Notes under the pieces: model-generated
The model's database searches: none
What the model was told of the DNA's origin: nothing
The model's input: the letters and a program-made list of their open reading frames with translations, nothing else
Position numbers and translations under genes: made by a program
Source of the DNA: an uncultured Alphaproteobacteria bacterium
Lineage (GTDB): Bacteria > Pseudomonadota > Alphaproteobacteria > RF32 > CAG-239
Length of the DNA stretch: 64,000 nt
NCBI GenBank assembly: GCA_934248075.1
Contig: CAKQKH010000001.1
Coordinates: 51,771-115,770, forward strand
Direction: 5' to 3'
Shown: positions 53,675 to 63,240 of the stretch, one piece after another
Layout of the letters: each line of letters starts with the position of its first letter
How positions within the stretch are numbered: the first letter of the stretch is position 1

Positions 53675-54893
53675 CAGCCCAACTACCGAACGGGTATGCC
53701 AAACTATTTTCATCAATTTCTGATTCGGCGCTTTTTGGGGTATCAGATTCCAAAATTTGGCGATTCTCGGTCCATTCTTTTTTTAGATCGTCCAAAGTTT
53801 TTTGAGTATCCGTCATTTCGGTCTCAAACTTTGGCTCAAACCGCTCTTCTTTTTCTTTCGAAAAAGAAACCTGTGGGTTTGGCACATCGTTGATAATATC
53901 TTCTTCCGGAGATGTTGACAGACGCGGAGCTTCAGGTTCATCATCGCTAAAACTGCGTTCTAAGGCTATTGAAAAAGGGTCTCTTTCCGCCTCAGAAGCC
54001 TGAGAAATTTCTTCCGAGTGTTCTTTGCGATTAAAAATATTAATTTTTTTCAGAAAAGACTGCCCGTGACCATCGTTTGTTTCTTCGTCTTTAGTCGCAA
54101 TCGTTTCTTTTGCGGCGAGTTTTATTTCTGGTAAGGCCGATTCGGTGCCAGCCTCGCTGATTCTACTGCTAAATCCGCTTCCATGTTCGCGTCCATATTG
54201 AATTTCTGAAGCCACCGGAGCTAATATTGAATAAACTTTTCCCATAACTCCTGTTTCAATCATGTCTAAAAACAATTTGTCCTTGTCATGATTCTCCAAC
54301 ATTTTGACCACAGCCTGATAGCGAGCGCAAAACTCCATGATTGTTCCACCTAAAACAATATCATATCCGGCCTTATCCAATACTCTTTTTTTGAAATTCG
54401 GTTGAGAATTGTTTACCTCGATAATCACCTTACCGAAAGACCATTTTCCGCCGTTTTGAACTTTTGCCCACAAACTTTCAATTTGCTCTGACGATGCTAA
54501 TTTGCAGCCTTTAATAATTTCTGACAACAATTCATTCATATCGGCAATCAAAAGGTCAAATTTGCTCAGAATAAAGCCATCATTGATATGTTGTTCGGTT
54601 TCTATCAAAACTCTGGCTAACAAATCTGAATAATCCTGATTTTTTTTCATTTGCGCCATAAGTTTGCGCAGCTGCAAAGCGGTTGATTTGTTGTTGATAT
54701 ACTGGTTTATATAACCAAAAACCGCCCAAAACAAAAAGATAGGCAAACAAACCAGCAGAGCGTACAACAAAATATTGACAATTCCGGCATCAAAAAAAGA
54801 AATTCCGGCCAGACTGTCGCTGATAAAGCGCACGGCATATATCAGCCAAAGCAAAGAAGAAAAAACGAGTGTAAAAAAAGCAAGTGCCAACAA
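53652..54893 (-). CDS. Membrane-anchored hypothetical protein
   Basis: 413-aa ORF with two or three N-terminal TM segments, then a soluble region and an acidic tail. It overlaps the yejA start by 23 nt. The start codon is uncertain (TTG). Confidence 0.4.
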   Translation of the reverse strand: MLALAFFTLVFSSLLWLIYAVRFISDSLAGISFFDAGIVNILLYALLVCLPIFLFWAVFGYINQYINNKSTALQLRKLMAQMKKNQDYSDLLARVLIETEQHINDGFILSKFDLLIADMNELLSEIIKGCKLASSEQIESLWAKVQNGGKWSFGKVIIEVNNSQPNFKKRVLDKAGYDIVLGGTIMEFCARYQAVVKMLENHDKDKLFLDMIETGVMGKVYSILAPVASEIQYGREHGSGFSSRISEAGTESALPEIKLAAKETIATKDEETNDGHGQSFLKKINIFNRKEHSEEISQASEAERDPFSIALERSFSDDEPEAPRLSTSPEEDIINDVPNPQVSFSKEKEERFEPKFETEMTDTQKTLDDLKKEWTENRQILESDTPKSAESEIDENSLAYPFGSWADEQNYKK

Positions 54894-55057
54894 GGTTAAA
54901 ACTCCCAGACGTTCTAATAATTAACTACTATATTGGATAATCTTGATTTTTCCAACAAAAAACGCTTCTTATTGCACAAAAAGAAAAATAAGAGTCGAAT
55001 TTTTTGAAAAAATATGTTATCTAATAACAGTTTTGTAAATGACAACAGAGAAGATTA

Positions 55058-56035
55058 ATGAGTACAAGTTCCGACACTTTAGTTTTAGATTTTGAAAAAA
55101 ACATTTTTGAAATTGAATCTAAAATAGAAAGCCTTAAATATCTGGCAAAAGATGAAGATGTTGATATTTCTCAGGAAGTATTGCGTCTGCAAAACAAACT
55201 TGAAAAGCAAATGCGCCAGACTTATTCCAACCTAACGCCATGGCAAAAGTCTCAGGTTGCTCGCCATCCGCAACGTCCGCACTGTTTGGAATATGTTCGT
55301 GGCCTGATAGAAGATTTTACTCCTCTTTGCGGTGACAGGGTCTTTGCCGATGATGAGGCTATGATTGGCGGTATTGGCCGTTTTAAGGGCATATCCGTTG
55401 TTGTTTTGGGGCAAGAAAAAGGCCATGATATTGAATCTCGTATCAAATATAATTTTGGCATGGCCAAGCCTGAGGGGTATCGTAAAGCTCAAAGATTAAT
55501 GAATTTGGCTGATAAATTTAATATGCCGGTTATAGCTTTTGTTGATACTTCCGGAGCTTTTCCGGGGGTTGAGGCAGAGGCCAGAGGACAAGCCGAAGCG
55601 ATCGCTTCTACAATTCAAAAATGCTTGCAGATTCATTCTCCAATGATTTCGGTTGTTATTGGTGAGGGCGGCTCAGGCGGAGCAATCGCGATAGCTACGG
55701 CAAATAGGGTTCTGATGCTGGAGCATTCCATATATTCAGTTATTTCTCCCGAAGGTTGTGCCTCGATTCTGTGGCGTTCTGCCGACAAGGTTAAAGAAGC
55801 CACCGAAGCGCTCAAGTTAACGGCTCAGGATCTGCGCAAGCTTGGAGTCATAGATGAAATAATTTCTGAGCCTTTAGGCGGCGCTCATCGCAATCCTCAG
55901 CAAACTGTCGAGCGGGTAGGGGATTGTATTTTGAAACATCTTAAAGAATTGATGTCGCAGAGTCGAGAAGAGATAAAAAAACGTCGTTCGGAAAAGTTCC
56001 TGCGTATGGGGAGACATTTTGCTGAATCTAAATAA
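55058..56035 (+). CDS. accA: Acetyl-CoA carboxylase carboxyltransferase alpha subunit
   Basis: ARHPQRPH, GRFKGISVVVLGQEKG, PEGYRKAQRLM, DTSGAFPG and GEGGSGGA. Confidence 0.92.
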   Translation: MSTSSDTLVLDFEKNIFEIESKIESLKYLAKDEDVDISQEVLRLQNKLEKQMRQTYSNLTPWQKSQVARHPQRPHCLEYVRGLIEDFTPLCGDRVFADDEAMIGGIGRFKGISVVVLGQEKGHDIESRIKYNFGMAKPEGYRKAQRLMNLADKFNMPVIAFVDTSGAFPGVEAEARGQAEAIASTIQKCLQIHSPMISVVIGEGGSGGAIAIATANRVLMLEHSIYSVISPEGCASILWRSADKVKEATEALKLTAQDLRKLGVIDEIISEPLGGAHRNPQQTVERVGDCILKHLKELMSQSREEIKKRRSEKFLRMGRHFAESK

Positions 56036-57167
56036 TATTTTGGGTCAATATACTAACTTATTGCTACTTTGCGGACTGTTATTGGTGCTTGTTGGCAATC
56101 TGTGGTTTTGGCTTGGTTCCAAAAAACAAAAGAACGATTCTCAGCTTTCAGACATTTTACTGCGCGGACAAGCCGAACTGGCCGGAAGGCTATCTCAGCT
56201 CGGGGAATATAATGCTCAGGAACAAAGCAAAATAACCGCCGCTATTAATGAGCAAAAGTTGGCTATGTTAAAAATCATGGATGAAAAATTGTTAGCCGTT
56301 ACCAAAAGTGTAGGTGAGGGATTACAGCAAAATTCAGCCAAAACCAATGAAACTCTTACAGATTTGCGCGAGCGTTTGGCCAAAATAGATGTTGCGCAAC
56401 AAAAAATATCATCTTTATCCGAGCAGGTTGTGTCTCTGCAAGAGGTGCTGTCTAACAAACAGGCGAGGGGAGCTTTCGGAGAAATACAGCTAAATGATTT
56501 GGTAACCTCGATTCTTCCGCCCAATGCATATGAATTTCAGGTGGTGTTATCAAATACCAAACGGGCAGATTGTGTGCTGAAATTGCCAAATCCTCCGGGA
56601 ACGATAGTTATAGACGCTAAATTTCCACTGGAGAGTTATCATGCTTTGCGTGTGGCAACCAATGAACGCGAGAAAACAGAGGCCGAACGCTTTTTTAGAG
56701 CTTCGGTACTCAAACACATTAAAGATATTTCTGAAAAATATATTATCCCCGGCGAAACTGCGGAATCAGCCTTGATGTTTTTGCCCAGCGAGGCTATATA
56801 TGCTGAACTTCATGCCAATTTTACCGATGTTGTTGAGGTATCTTATCGTTCAAAGGTTTGGATTGTGTCGCCCACCACTCTTATGGCCACGCTCAACACG
56901 GTTAGAGCAGTGCTAAAAGATGCTAAAATGCGTGAACAGGCCGGTGTTATTCAAAAAGAGGTTGGAACACTTATTGAAGACATAGGCCGCCTAGATGGAA
57001 GAATAGAGAGCTTGTCCCGTCATTTTAAACAAGCCAATGAAGATGTTGAGGGGATTCGTGTTTCTTCTGGTAAAATTGGCCGCCGGATTCAGCGGATAGA
57101 AAATATTGAGTTAGGCGAAAATACGGAGCATCATTTGGCGGTGGCGCATCTGGCTAATGATGAATAA
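56019..57167 (+). CDS. rmuC: DNA recombination protein RmuC
   Basis: N-terminal TM segment, a long coiled coil, then the RmuC nuclease-like core (RGAFGEIQL, VIDAKFPLESY, MFLPSEAIY, VSPTTL). Confidence 0.85.
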   Translation: MLNLNNILGQYTNLLLLCGLLLVLVGNLWFWLGSKKQKNDSQLSDILLRGQAELAGRLSQLGEYNAQEQSKITAAINEQKLAMLKIMDEKLLAVTKSVGEGLQQNSAKTNETLTDLRERLAKIDVAQQKISSLSEQVVSLQEVLSNKQARGAFGEIQLNDLVTSILPPNAYEFQVVLSNTKRADCVLKLPNPPGTIVIDAKFPLESYHALRVATNEREKTEAERFFRASVLKHIKDISEKYIIPGETAESALMFLPSEAIYAELHANFTDVVEVSYRSKVWIVSPTTLMATLNTVRAVLKDAKMREQAGVIQKEVGTLIEDIGRLDGRIESLSRHFKQANEDVEGIRVSSGKIGRRIQRIENIELGENTEHHLAVAHLANDE

Positions 57168-57284
57168 TCGAAAGCTCGGGATAACTAACCATTTAAATAT
57201 TGGCTTTTTTTTAATTTGAGATATTGATATTTGAGATAAAAACAGGTAATCTGAACGAAATTAATTAATAAAGAGGAAAATAAA

Positions 57285-57563
57285 GTGACTAAGTCTGAAT
57301 TGATTGAAAAAATTGCTGCAAAAAACCCCCACCTTATGCTCAAAGATGTGGAAAAAATTGTTGCCGTTGTGTTTGATAAAATAACCAACTCTTTAGCCAA
57401 AGGCGATAGAGTTGAATTTCGTGGTTTTGGTGCTTTTTCTGTTCGCACACGTTCTCCGCGCATTGCCAAAAATCCTCGCACCGGTGAGCAGGTAAAGGTT
57501 GAAGAGCGCAATATTCCTCACTTCAAAACCGGCAAACAGCTGTTTGAGTTATTAAATAAATAA
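57285..57563 (+). CDS. ihfB: Integration host factor beta subunit
   Basis: [11 protein letters not shown]...[48 protein letters not shown] start. Confidence 0.85.
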   Translation: MTKSELIEKIAAKNPHLMLKDVEKIVAVVFDKITNSLAKGDRVEFRGFGAFSVRTRSPRIAKNPRTGEQVKVEERNIPHFKTGKQLFELLNK

Positions 57564-57596
57564 AACAGTTTTGTTTTTTTAATTGCAAAAGGAGCT

Positions 57597-58010
57597 ATGC
57601 TCATGGGTTTTATAAAAATGCTTATAGGTTTGCCGTTGGCGGCAGTGATAGTGGTCTTTGCTTTTGTTAACAATGATCTGGTAAACTTCAGCCTATGGCC
57701 TTTTTATATAGAAATTACTGTTTCTCTCAGTGTGGCAATAGTTTTTCTGATTTTGGTCGGGTTTATTATCGGCTGGTTCTTTACATGGTTGTCTTATGCG
57801 CCAATACGCAAAGCCTTGCGCCAGCAGAAAAAACAAAACAAAAAGCTCAATAAAGAACAACAAAAATTAGCCAAAGAAATGGAAGATTTGCACGTAAATT
57901 TGGCCTCTCTCAAAGAATTGGAGGCCCAAATGCCGAAACCGTCTATTTCTGATAAGGTTAAAGGGTTGTTCCGCCCGAAATCAACAACAGCTGATAAGGC
58001 TGACAACTAA
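57597..58010 (+). CDS. LapA/DUF1049-family inner-membrane protein
   Basis: Two TM segments, then a K/Q-rich coiled tail. Typical position after ihfB in alphaproteobacteria. Confidence 0.55.
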   Translation: MLMGFIKMLIGLPLAAVIVVFAFVNNDLVNFSLWPFYIEITVSLSVAIVFLILVGFIIGWFFTWLSYAPIRKALRQQKKQNKKLNKEQQKLAKEMEDLHVNLASLKELEAQMPKPSISDKVKGLFRPKSTTADKADN

Positions 58011-58038
58011 TTTTTTTTCAATAACTAAGGTAAAGATA

Positions 58039-58923
58039 ATGAATTGGTTATCCGATTTTGTACGCCCTAAAATCAAAAAAATTACCACCAAGGAAATTGC
58101 TGATAATTTATGGACCAAGTGTCCTCAATGTGGGCAAATGCTTTATACTAAAGAGCTGGAAAAAAACGACTATGTTTGCTCTTCTTGCGATCATCACCTG
58201 CGGTTGCCGATCCTAAAAAGGTTTGCCATGCTTTTTGATAATGGGGAGTATAAATTGATCACTCTTCCCAAACTCAAAGAAGATCCCCTTAATTTTAGAG
58301 ATTCTAAAAAATATACCGACAGATTGCGGGCTTATCGCAAAGCGACCGGCGCTGATGATGCGATTCGGGTTGCTCAGGGAGAAATTGGCGGCGTAACCTG
58401 TATTGTTGCAGCGTTGGATTTTAATTTTATGGGCGGTTCGATGGGAACAGTTGTTGGCGAGGGAATTGTCAAGGCCGCAGATATTGCCATTCGCGGTAAT
58501 TATCCGCTCATTACCATTACAGCGTCTGGCGGCGCTCGCATGCAGGAGGGGATTCTTTCTCTTATGCAAATGGCCAGAACCACCGCTGCGGTTAATATGG
58601 TAAAGGAAAAAGGCCTTCCTTTCATATCTGTTTTAACAGATCCTACCACTGGTGGCGTGTCAGCTTCTTTTGCCATGCTTGGAGATATCCATATTGCAGA
58701 AAAAGGCTGCGTAATCGGTTTTGCCGGAGCCAGAGTAATTGAACAAACGATTCGCGAAAAACTGCCCGAAGGTTTTCAGCGAGCCGAATATCTTAAAGAA
58801 CACGGTATGGTTGATATTGTTGTTCATCGTCGCGATATGAGAGATACATTAATCCGGGTCATAAGTATTTTGACTCATCAAAAACCACAAATTGATACTC
58901 TGGCGATTGAAAATAAAGCTTAA
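58039..58923 (+). CDS. accD: Acetyl-CoA carboxylase carboxyltransferase beta subunit
   Basis: Zinc ribbon CPQCGQ...CSSCDHH, MGGSMG and SGGARMQEG. Confidence 0.92.
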   Translation: MNWLSDFVRPKIKKITTKEIADNLWTKCPQCGQMLYTKELEKNDYVCSSCDHHLRLPILKRFAMLFDNGEYKLITLPKLKEDPLNFRDSKKYTDRLRAYRKATGADDAIRVAQGEIGGVTCIVAALDFNFMGGSMGTVVGEGIVKAADIAIRGNYPLITITASGGARMQEGILSLMQMARTTAAVNMVKEKGLPFISVLTDPTTGGVSASFAMLGDIHIAEKGCVIGFAGARVIEQTIREKLPEGFQRAEYLKEHGMVDIVVHRRDMRDTLIRVISILTHQKPQIDTLAIENKA

Positions 58924-58930
58924 ATCGAAA

Positions 58931-58955
58931 AGGCCGCGGAAAGCGGCCTTTTTTA
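58931..58955. terminator. Rho-independent terminator between accD and convergent recR
   Basis: AGGCCGC (58931-58937), loop GGAAA, GCGGCCT (58943-58949), then T6. Confidence 0.6.
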
Positions 58956-59543
58956 TAGGGTCTTGCGAGAATTAAGAGCTAACTGCAAAGTTCCTTCGTC
59001 CATATAATCAAGTTCGGCGCCCATGGGAATGCCTTGCGCTAAGGTGGTAATTTTTACACCAGAGTCTTTGAGTCTGGAGGAAAGATAGTGTGATGTTATC
59101 TGTCCATCTACGGTTGCCGGCAGTGCTAAAATAAGTTCTTGCACATCGTCTGCAACAATTCTCTGCATTAAAGATTCAATATTTAAGTCTTCGGGAACAA
59201 TTCCTTCCAAAGCAGAAAGCACGCCTCCCAACACATGATATTTTCCTCTAAATTGCGACACTCTCTCCATTGCCCACAAATCAGCAACATCTTGCACAAC
59301 GCATATAACTTTACTATCGCGCGACGATGAACAAATCGAGCAAGGCGACGTTGTGTCATAATTGCCGCAAATCTCGCAAGTTTTGATGTTCTCAGCCACA
59401 TTTTGCAACGATTCGATTAGTGGCAAAAGAGCGGTTTCGCGTTTTTTTAGCAGCTGCAAAACAATTCTTCTTGCTGATCTAGTGCCTAACGTCGGCAACT
59501 TTGCAACTTGCTTAATAAGCTTTTCTATTTCTGTTCCAGCCAT
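58953..59543 (-). CDS. recR: Recombination protein RecR
   Basis: LPTLGTRSARR, zinf finger-type motif C.IC....CSIC and the Toprim segment VVQDVADLWAME. Confidence 0.9.
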   Translation of the reverse strand: MAGTEIEKLIKQVAKLPTLGTRSARRIVLQLLKKRETALLPLIESLQNVAENIKTCEICGNYDTTSPCSICSSSRDSKVICVVQDVADLWAMERVSQFRGKYHVLGGVLSALEGIVPEDLNIESLMQRIVADDVQELILALPATVDGQITSHYLSSRLKDSGVKITTLAQGIPMGAELDYMDEGTLQLALNSRKTL

Positions 59544-59557
59544 AAGATATCTTCTCG

Positions 59558-59878
59558 CTAAAATGGGAGTTTTAGTCCGCCGAGATTCATTCCGCCAGTC
59601 ATAGCATTCATACTGTCTTGCATTTTGGCATCAATTTTACTTTTAGCATCATTATAAGCCGCCACAATCAAATCCTCTAAAACCTCCGCATCTTCAGGAT
59701 CAATCAGATTTTTATCAAGAGCAATTTTTTTCATCTCAAATTTGCCGTTAAGCGTGATTTTAACCATTCCGCCGCCGGAAGATCCTTCAACTTCTTCCTG
59801 AGCCAGTTTAGCTTGCTCTTCTTCCATTTTTTTCTGCATCATTTGTGCTTGTTTCATAATCCCTTGAATATTCATCAT
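59558..59878 (-). CDS. ybaB: Nucleoid-associated protein YbaB/EbfC
   Basis: MKQAQMMQKKMEEEQ...GGGMVKITLNG...DPED.EVLEDLIVAAYNDA pattern. Confidence 0.85.
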   Translation of the reverse strand: MMNIQGIMKQAQMMQKKMEEEQAKLAQEEVEGSSGGGMVKITLNGKFEMKKIALDKNLIDPEDAEVLEDLIVAAYNDAKSKIDAKMQDSMNAMTGGMNLGGLKLPF

Positions 59879-59880
59879 GG

Positions 59881-61599
59881 TTAATTATCCTCATCAAAAT
59901 AGTTATCATTATCTTCAAAACCTGAGCCGCTGCCGACAATTATTTCAGCTTTATCATCATCTTCCGTAATTTTGCGGGTCAAAGTATCTATTTTTGCACC
60001 CTTAAATTCCGCTAAAATCGCTTTCACTAAAGGCAAATCAGAAACACTTTTCTTGTTGGCGTTATCCTGAGCCTGCTCTTTGTCGGCTATTGTTTCTCCT
60101 AAAGCTCCGGGTAAAATCTCAATATTCCATTTTTTACCGGTAGCCTCCATTAAAACCTTTTGCAAACTGAGCATAAAATCATTATTGATTTTATCCGATG
60201 TTGTAAGTTTCATCTTACCGTCGGCAAATTCAACAAAAGCCAAATCATGCTTAAAACTATATGCCAATAAAACTTTTTTGTTGTTTTCCAAATAAGCGGC
60301 TAATTCTTCCGGCGTATTAAATTTTATACTTGTTTCAGTTTTATGGGGCGATTCTGTGGTTGTTGTTGGCGGTGTTTGCCTGGCAACATCAGCAACGGTT
60401 GATAGTGGAGTAGAGCCGATTAATTCAGATTTTTTTTTTACGTCGTTCAAAATCTCAAACGGCGTTGGCAAAGAGGCTGAATAAGCAATGCGAATAAGAA
60501 TCATTTCCAGCGCGTCTATCTGCACCGGAGCTAAAGCCAGCTCCGACAGTCCTTTAATCATCATTTGCCAAATCTTTGATAAAATTGCAATCGGGGTATT
60601 TGGAGCCAGCCGTTTACAAAAATCTTTTTCGCTTTCTGACAGGCTTGGGTCGTCGGCAAATGCCGGTACAATTTTTACTTTGGCGACCAAATGCGTAATG
60701 TTAATCAAATCTTGCAGTGTGGTCAGCGGAGTTGCCCCATTTTTATACATTTCTGCCAAGGTTTGGACAACTTCATTTACTTTTCCGGCTAATAATTTCT
60801 CAAACAAATCAAAAGTCTGAGTACGGTCGGCCAATCCGATCATATTTTTTACAATATCGGTTTTTACTGCGCCGCCGCCTAAAGAAATAGCCTGATCCAA
60901 TAAAGACAAACCATCACGGCAAGAACCATCAGCGGCCTTAGCAATCAGATGTAAGGCCTCATCTTCGGCGCTCAATCCTTCTTTGGCGATAATGTTTTTA
61001 AAATGATTAACCAAAGTGTCAATCGTCAGACGCTGCAAGTCAAATCTTTGGCAGCGAGACAACACCGTAACCGGAACTTTGCGAATTTCAGTAGTGGCAA
61101 AGATAAATATGACGTGTGAAGGCGGCTCTTCCAGAGTTTTTAACAAGGCGTTAAAAGCGCTTTTTGATAGCATGTGAACTTCGTCGATGATATATATTTT
61201 ATATCTGCCGTTAGTCGGTTTATAGCGCACGCCGTCTAAAATCTCGCGCATATCATCTACACCAGTGCGCGAGGCCGCGTCAAGCTCCAAAACATCTATG
61301 TGTCGCGATTCTGCAATCGCCCGACAATTTTCGCAAATTCCGCAGGGGTTAGTGGTTGGTCCGCCGTGTCCGTCTTTGCCGGTGCAATTAAGCGCTTTGG
61401 CAATAATACGAGCGGTGGTAGTTTTGCCAACGCCGCGGATTCCGGTCAGAATATAGGCATGATGCAAGCGGTTGTTTTTTATGGCGTTAGTAAGTGTCTG
61501 CACCAAAGCGTCCTGTCCCAGCAATTCGTTAAAGTTTTGCGGGCGATACTTGCGGGCTAATACCACATAGTTTTCAGAATTTGGATTGTCTTCAGCCAT
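59881..61599 (-). CDS. dnaX: DNA polymerase III subunit tau (dnaX), with candidate gamma-generating slippery site
   Basis: LARKYRPQNF, GIRGVGKTT, zinc module CGICENC, IIDEVHMLS and SRCQRF. ATG 61599 is preferred to TTG 61614. Confidence 0.9.
   Translation of the reverse strand: MAEDNPNSENYVVLARKYRPQNFNELLGQDALVQTLTNAIKNNRLHHAYILTGIRGVGKTTTARIIAKALNCTGKDGHGGPTTNPCGICENCRAIAESRHIDVLELDAASRTGVDDMREILDGVRYKPTNGRYKIYIIDEVHMLSKSAFNALLKTLEEPPSHVIFIFATTEIRKVPVTVLSRCQRFDLQRLTIDTLVNHFKNIIAKEGLSAEDEALHLIAKAADGSCRDGLSLLDQAISLGGGAVKTDIVKNMIGLADRTQTFDLFEKLLAGKVNEVVQTLAEMYKNGATPLTTLQDLINITHLVAKVKIVPAFADDPSLSESEKDFCKRLAPNTPIAILSKIWQMMIKGLSELALAPVQIDALEMILIRIAYSASLPTPFEILNDVKKKSELIGSTPLSTVADVARQTPPTTTTESPHKTETSIKFNTPEELAAYLENNKKVLLAYSFKHDLAFVEFADGKMKLTTSDKINNDFMLSLQKVLMEATGKKWNIEILPGALGETIADKEQAQDNANKKSVSDLPLVKAILAEFKGAKIDTLTRKITEDDDKAEIIVGSGSGFEDNDNYFDEDN
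60430..60439 (-). other. A10 homopolymer (slippery tract) inside dnaX
   Basis: The minus strand reads GAC GTA AAA AAA AAA TCT GAA TTA ATC. After the tract the -1 frame reads ATC TGA, and the +1 frame reads CTG AAT TAA. Confidence 0.9.
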
Positions 61600-61625
61600 A
61601 AATTTTCCGTTCAAATTAAATTCGT

Positions 61626-61713
61626 GGAGAGCTAAACGACCTCAACCTAATTCGTTACGGCTGCTTCCTTCCGGACCTGACCGAGTTGGCGAACGGATGA
61701 CCCGCCGCTCTCC
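61626..61713 (-). ncRNA. ffs: Signal recognition particle RNA (4.5S/ffs), approximate ends
   Basis: The minus strand contains GGUCAGGUCCGGAAGGAAGCAGCC, the conserved domain IV motif with GGAA tetraloop. It is closed by GGAGAGC...GCUCUCC. It lies immediately upstream of dnaX, which is the common arrangement. Confidence 0.8.
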
Positions 61714-61761
61714 TCTGTTATACTTAACAGATTAGCGTCAATTTTCAAGATAAATTTAGGG

Positions 61762-63168
61762 TTATTCGCTATCAGCTTCCGGTATAATAGCGCCATATAT
61801 GGCAATTTGCGCAGCAGCAGAATCTTTGCCGTAAATTTTGGGTGCGTGATAATTGTCAGAAGTGTCAACCGGATTAAGTTTTTGATCCAGTCCGTCATCA
61901 CTAAAACGCTTGGGAGCGGAATTTACAGAAACATCACCATTTGCTCTTATTTCCATAATATCAAGACTGTGTTGGTTGGTGCCGTCGCCAAAAAATCTAA
62001 AAGCTCCGTTTATGCCCAAATATCCATCAGGATTGGTAATCAGTTGGTTTAGATCATCAGAGTTTTGTCTTGATATCTCGTTAGCCAAAGCGGTTGCGTC
62101 ATATGCAAAAGAATATAAACTGCTTGGCCGTTCTCCAAAAATCTGATTGTATTTACCGGCAAAATAGGCGCTGTGAGCTCTGGAAATAGCCGGATACCAA
62201 CTTTTGCGCATGACCGATTCGTTATTAAGCTTTCCGCCTTCCCACATTGACGTTCCCAAAAACTGAACATCAGGATATGCGGCATCATAATATGCGAACA
62301 TTGATACTGCCGAAGTAAGTCTGGCGCCACTTTCGGGAATCAAAACCATATCAAAGCCGACATCGCCAATACCTTCTTTAGTTTCCATCTGTTTTAACTC
62401 ATATGCTGCATGCTGATTTCCATTTTCAGCTCTAGCGGTTAGCTCTGCGCGCAAGCGAATAACTTCGGCGTGGCGCTGATTATAATTGGTCATTTCTTTG
62501 ATTATGCCTGAAAAATCAGAGTTTTCCGGTTTGTAATAGCCTATAACCGTGAGTTCAACCTTGTTTTTTTGTGCTGACTTGGCGGCGGCCTTGGCCACGG
62601 CGGTGCCGGTCGAATTATCAGGAATCAAAAGCGCCAAACGCTTACGCCCTTGTGCGGCGGCAAAAGTAATCACGCGGTTTACCTGTTCTTCAACCAGTAA
62701 ACCCATTGTATAAACCGTGGGTTGCAACACCTCTTGCGCGGTGGAAAAGGCAATTACCGGCACTCCTTGATAAATAGTTTCTCCGGCAATCGCTTGAACC
62801 TCGGCGCTCATAAGCGGCCCGACAATTAGGTTAACTTTTTGTCTGATAGCATTTTCGGCGGCAATTCGCGCGCCGCTGGGAGTGCTTTTTGTGTCATAAT
62901 ATTGCAAAATCAAGCGTGGATTGTTAATGTCCTCCAGCGCCATCATCGAGGCGTTTTTAAGTCCTTGCCCATGTTTTGCCGCTGACCCTGACAAAGGCAA
63001 CAGCATTCCGACCCTAAAACTGGAAGTGTCGGAAATATTTATTTCGCTGACCTCGGTATTAAAATCTTTTATTCCTCCGTGATCCGAAATCGGAGCTTTT
63101 GAAGATGTTGAGCAAGCTGCCAAATATAAGCAGACAATGAGCAAACTAAATTTTTTTAACACTTGCAT
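61762..63168 (-). CDS. Periplasmic-binding-fold lipoprotein, LpoA/LppC-like penicillin-binding protein activator family
   Basis: Lipobox LYLAAC and a type-I periplasmic-binding-protein-like body (VGMLLPLSG, ALLIPD). It is divergent from rsmI, as lpoA(yraM)/rsmI(yraL) are in E. coli. Confidence 0.6.
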   Translation of the reverse strand: MQVLKKFSLLIVCLYLAACSTSSKAPISDHGGIKDFNTEVSEINISDTSSFRVGMLLPLSGSAAKHGQGLKNASMMALEDINNPRLILQYYDTKSTPSGARIAAENAIRQKVNLIVGPLMSAEVQAIAGETIYQGVPVIAFSTAQEVLQPTVYTMGLLVEEQVNRVITFAAAQGRKRLALLIPDNSTGTAVAKAAAKSAQKNKVELTVIGYYKPENSDFSGIIKEMTNYNQRHAEVIRLRAELTARAENGNQHAAYELKQMETKEGIGDVGFDMVLIPESGARLTSAVSMFAYYDAAYPDVQFLGTSMWEGGKLNNESVMRKSWYPAISRAHSAYFAGKYNQIFGERPSSLYSFAYDATALANEISRQNSDDLNQLITNPDGYLGINGAFRFFGDGTNQHSLDIMEIRANGDVSVNSAPKRFSDDGLDQKLNPVDTSDNYHAPKIYGKDSAAAQIAIYGAIIPEADSE

Positions 63169-63240
63169 TTTACCCTAAAATATAAAACAATCTTTTTTAA
63201 AGTTGTAATAGAATTTTTAGCCATTGTAAAGAGAGGTATT

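Noticed and set aside
57185-57511. 108-aa minus-strand ORF.
   Set aside because: It is antisense to ihfB, whose product matches IHF-beta along its whole length.
61647-61901. 84-aa minus-strand ORF overlapping the dnaX upstream region.
   Set aside because: It overlaps the SRP RNA, which carries the conserved GGUCAGGUCCGGAAGGAAGCAGCC motif, and the 3' end of the LpoA-like gene. It has no coding signature.
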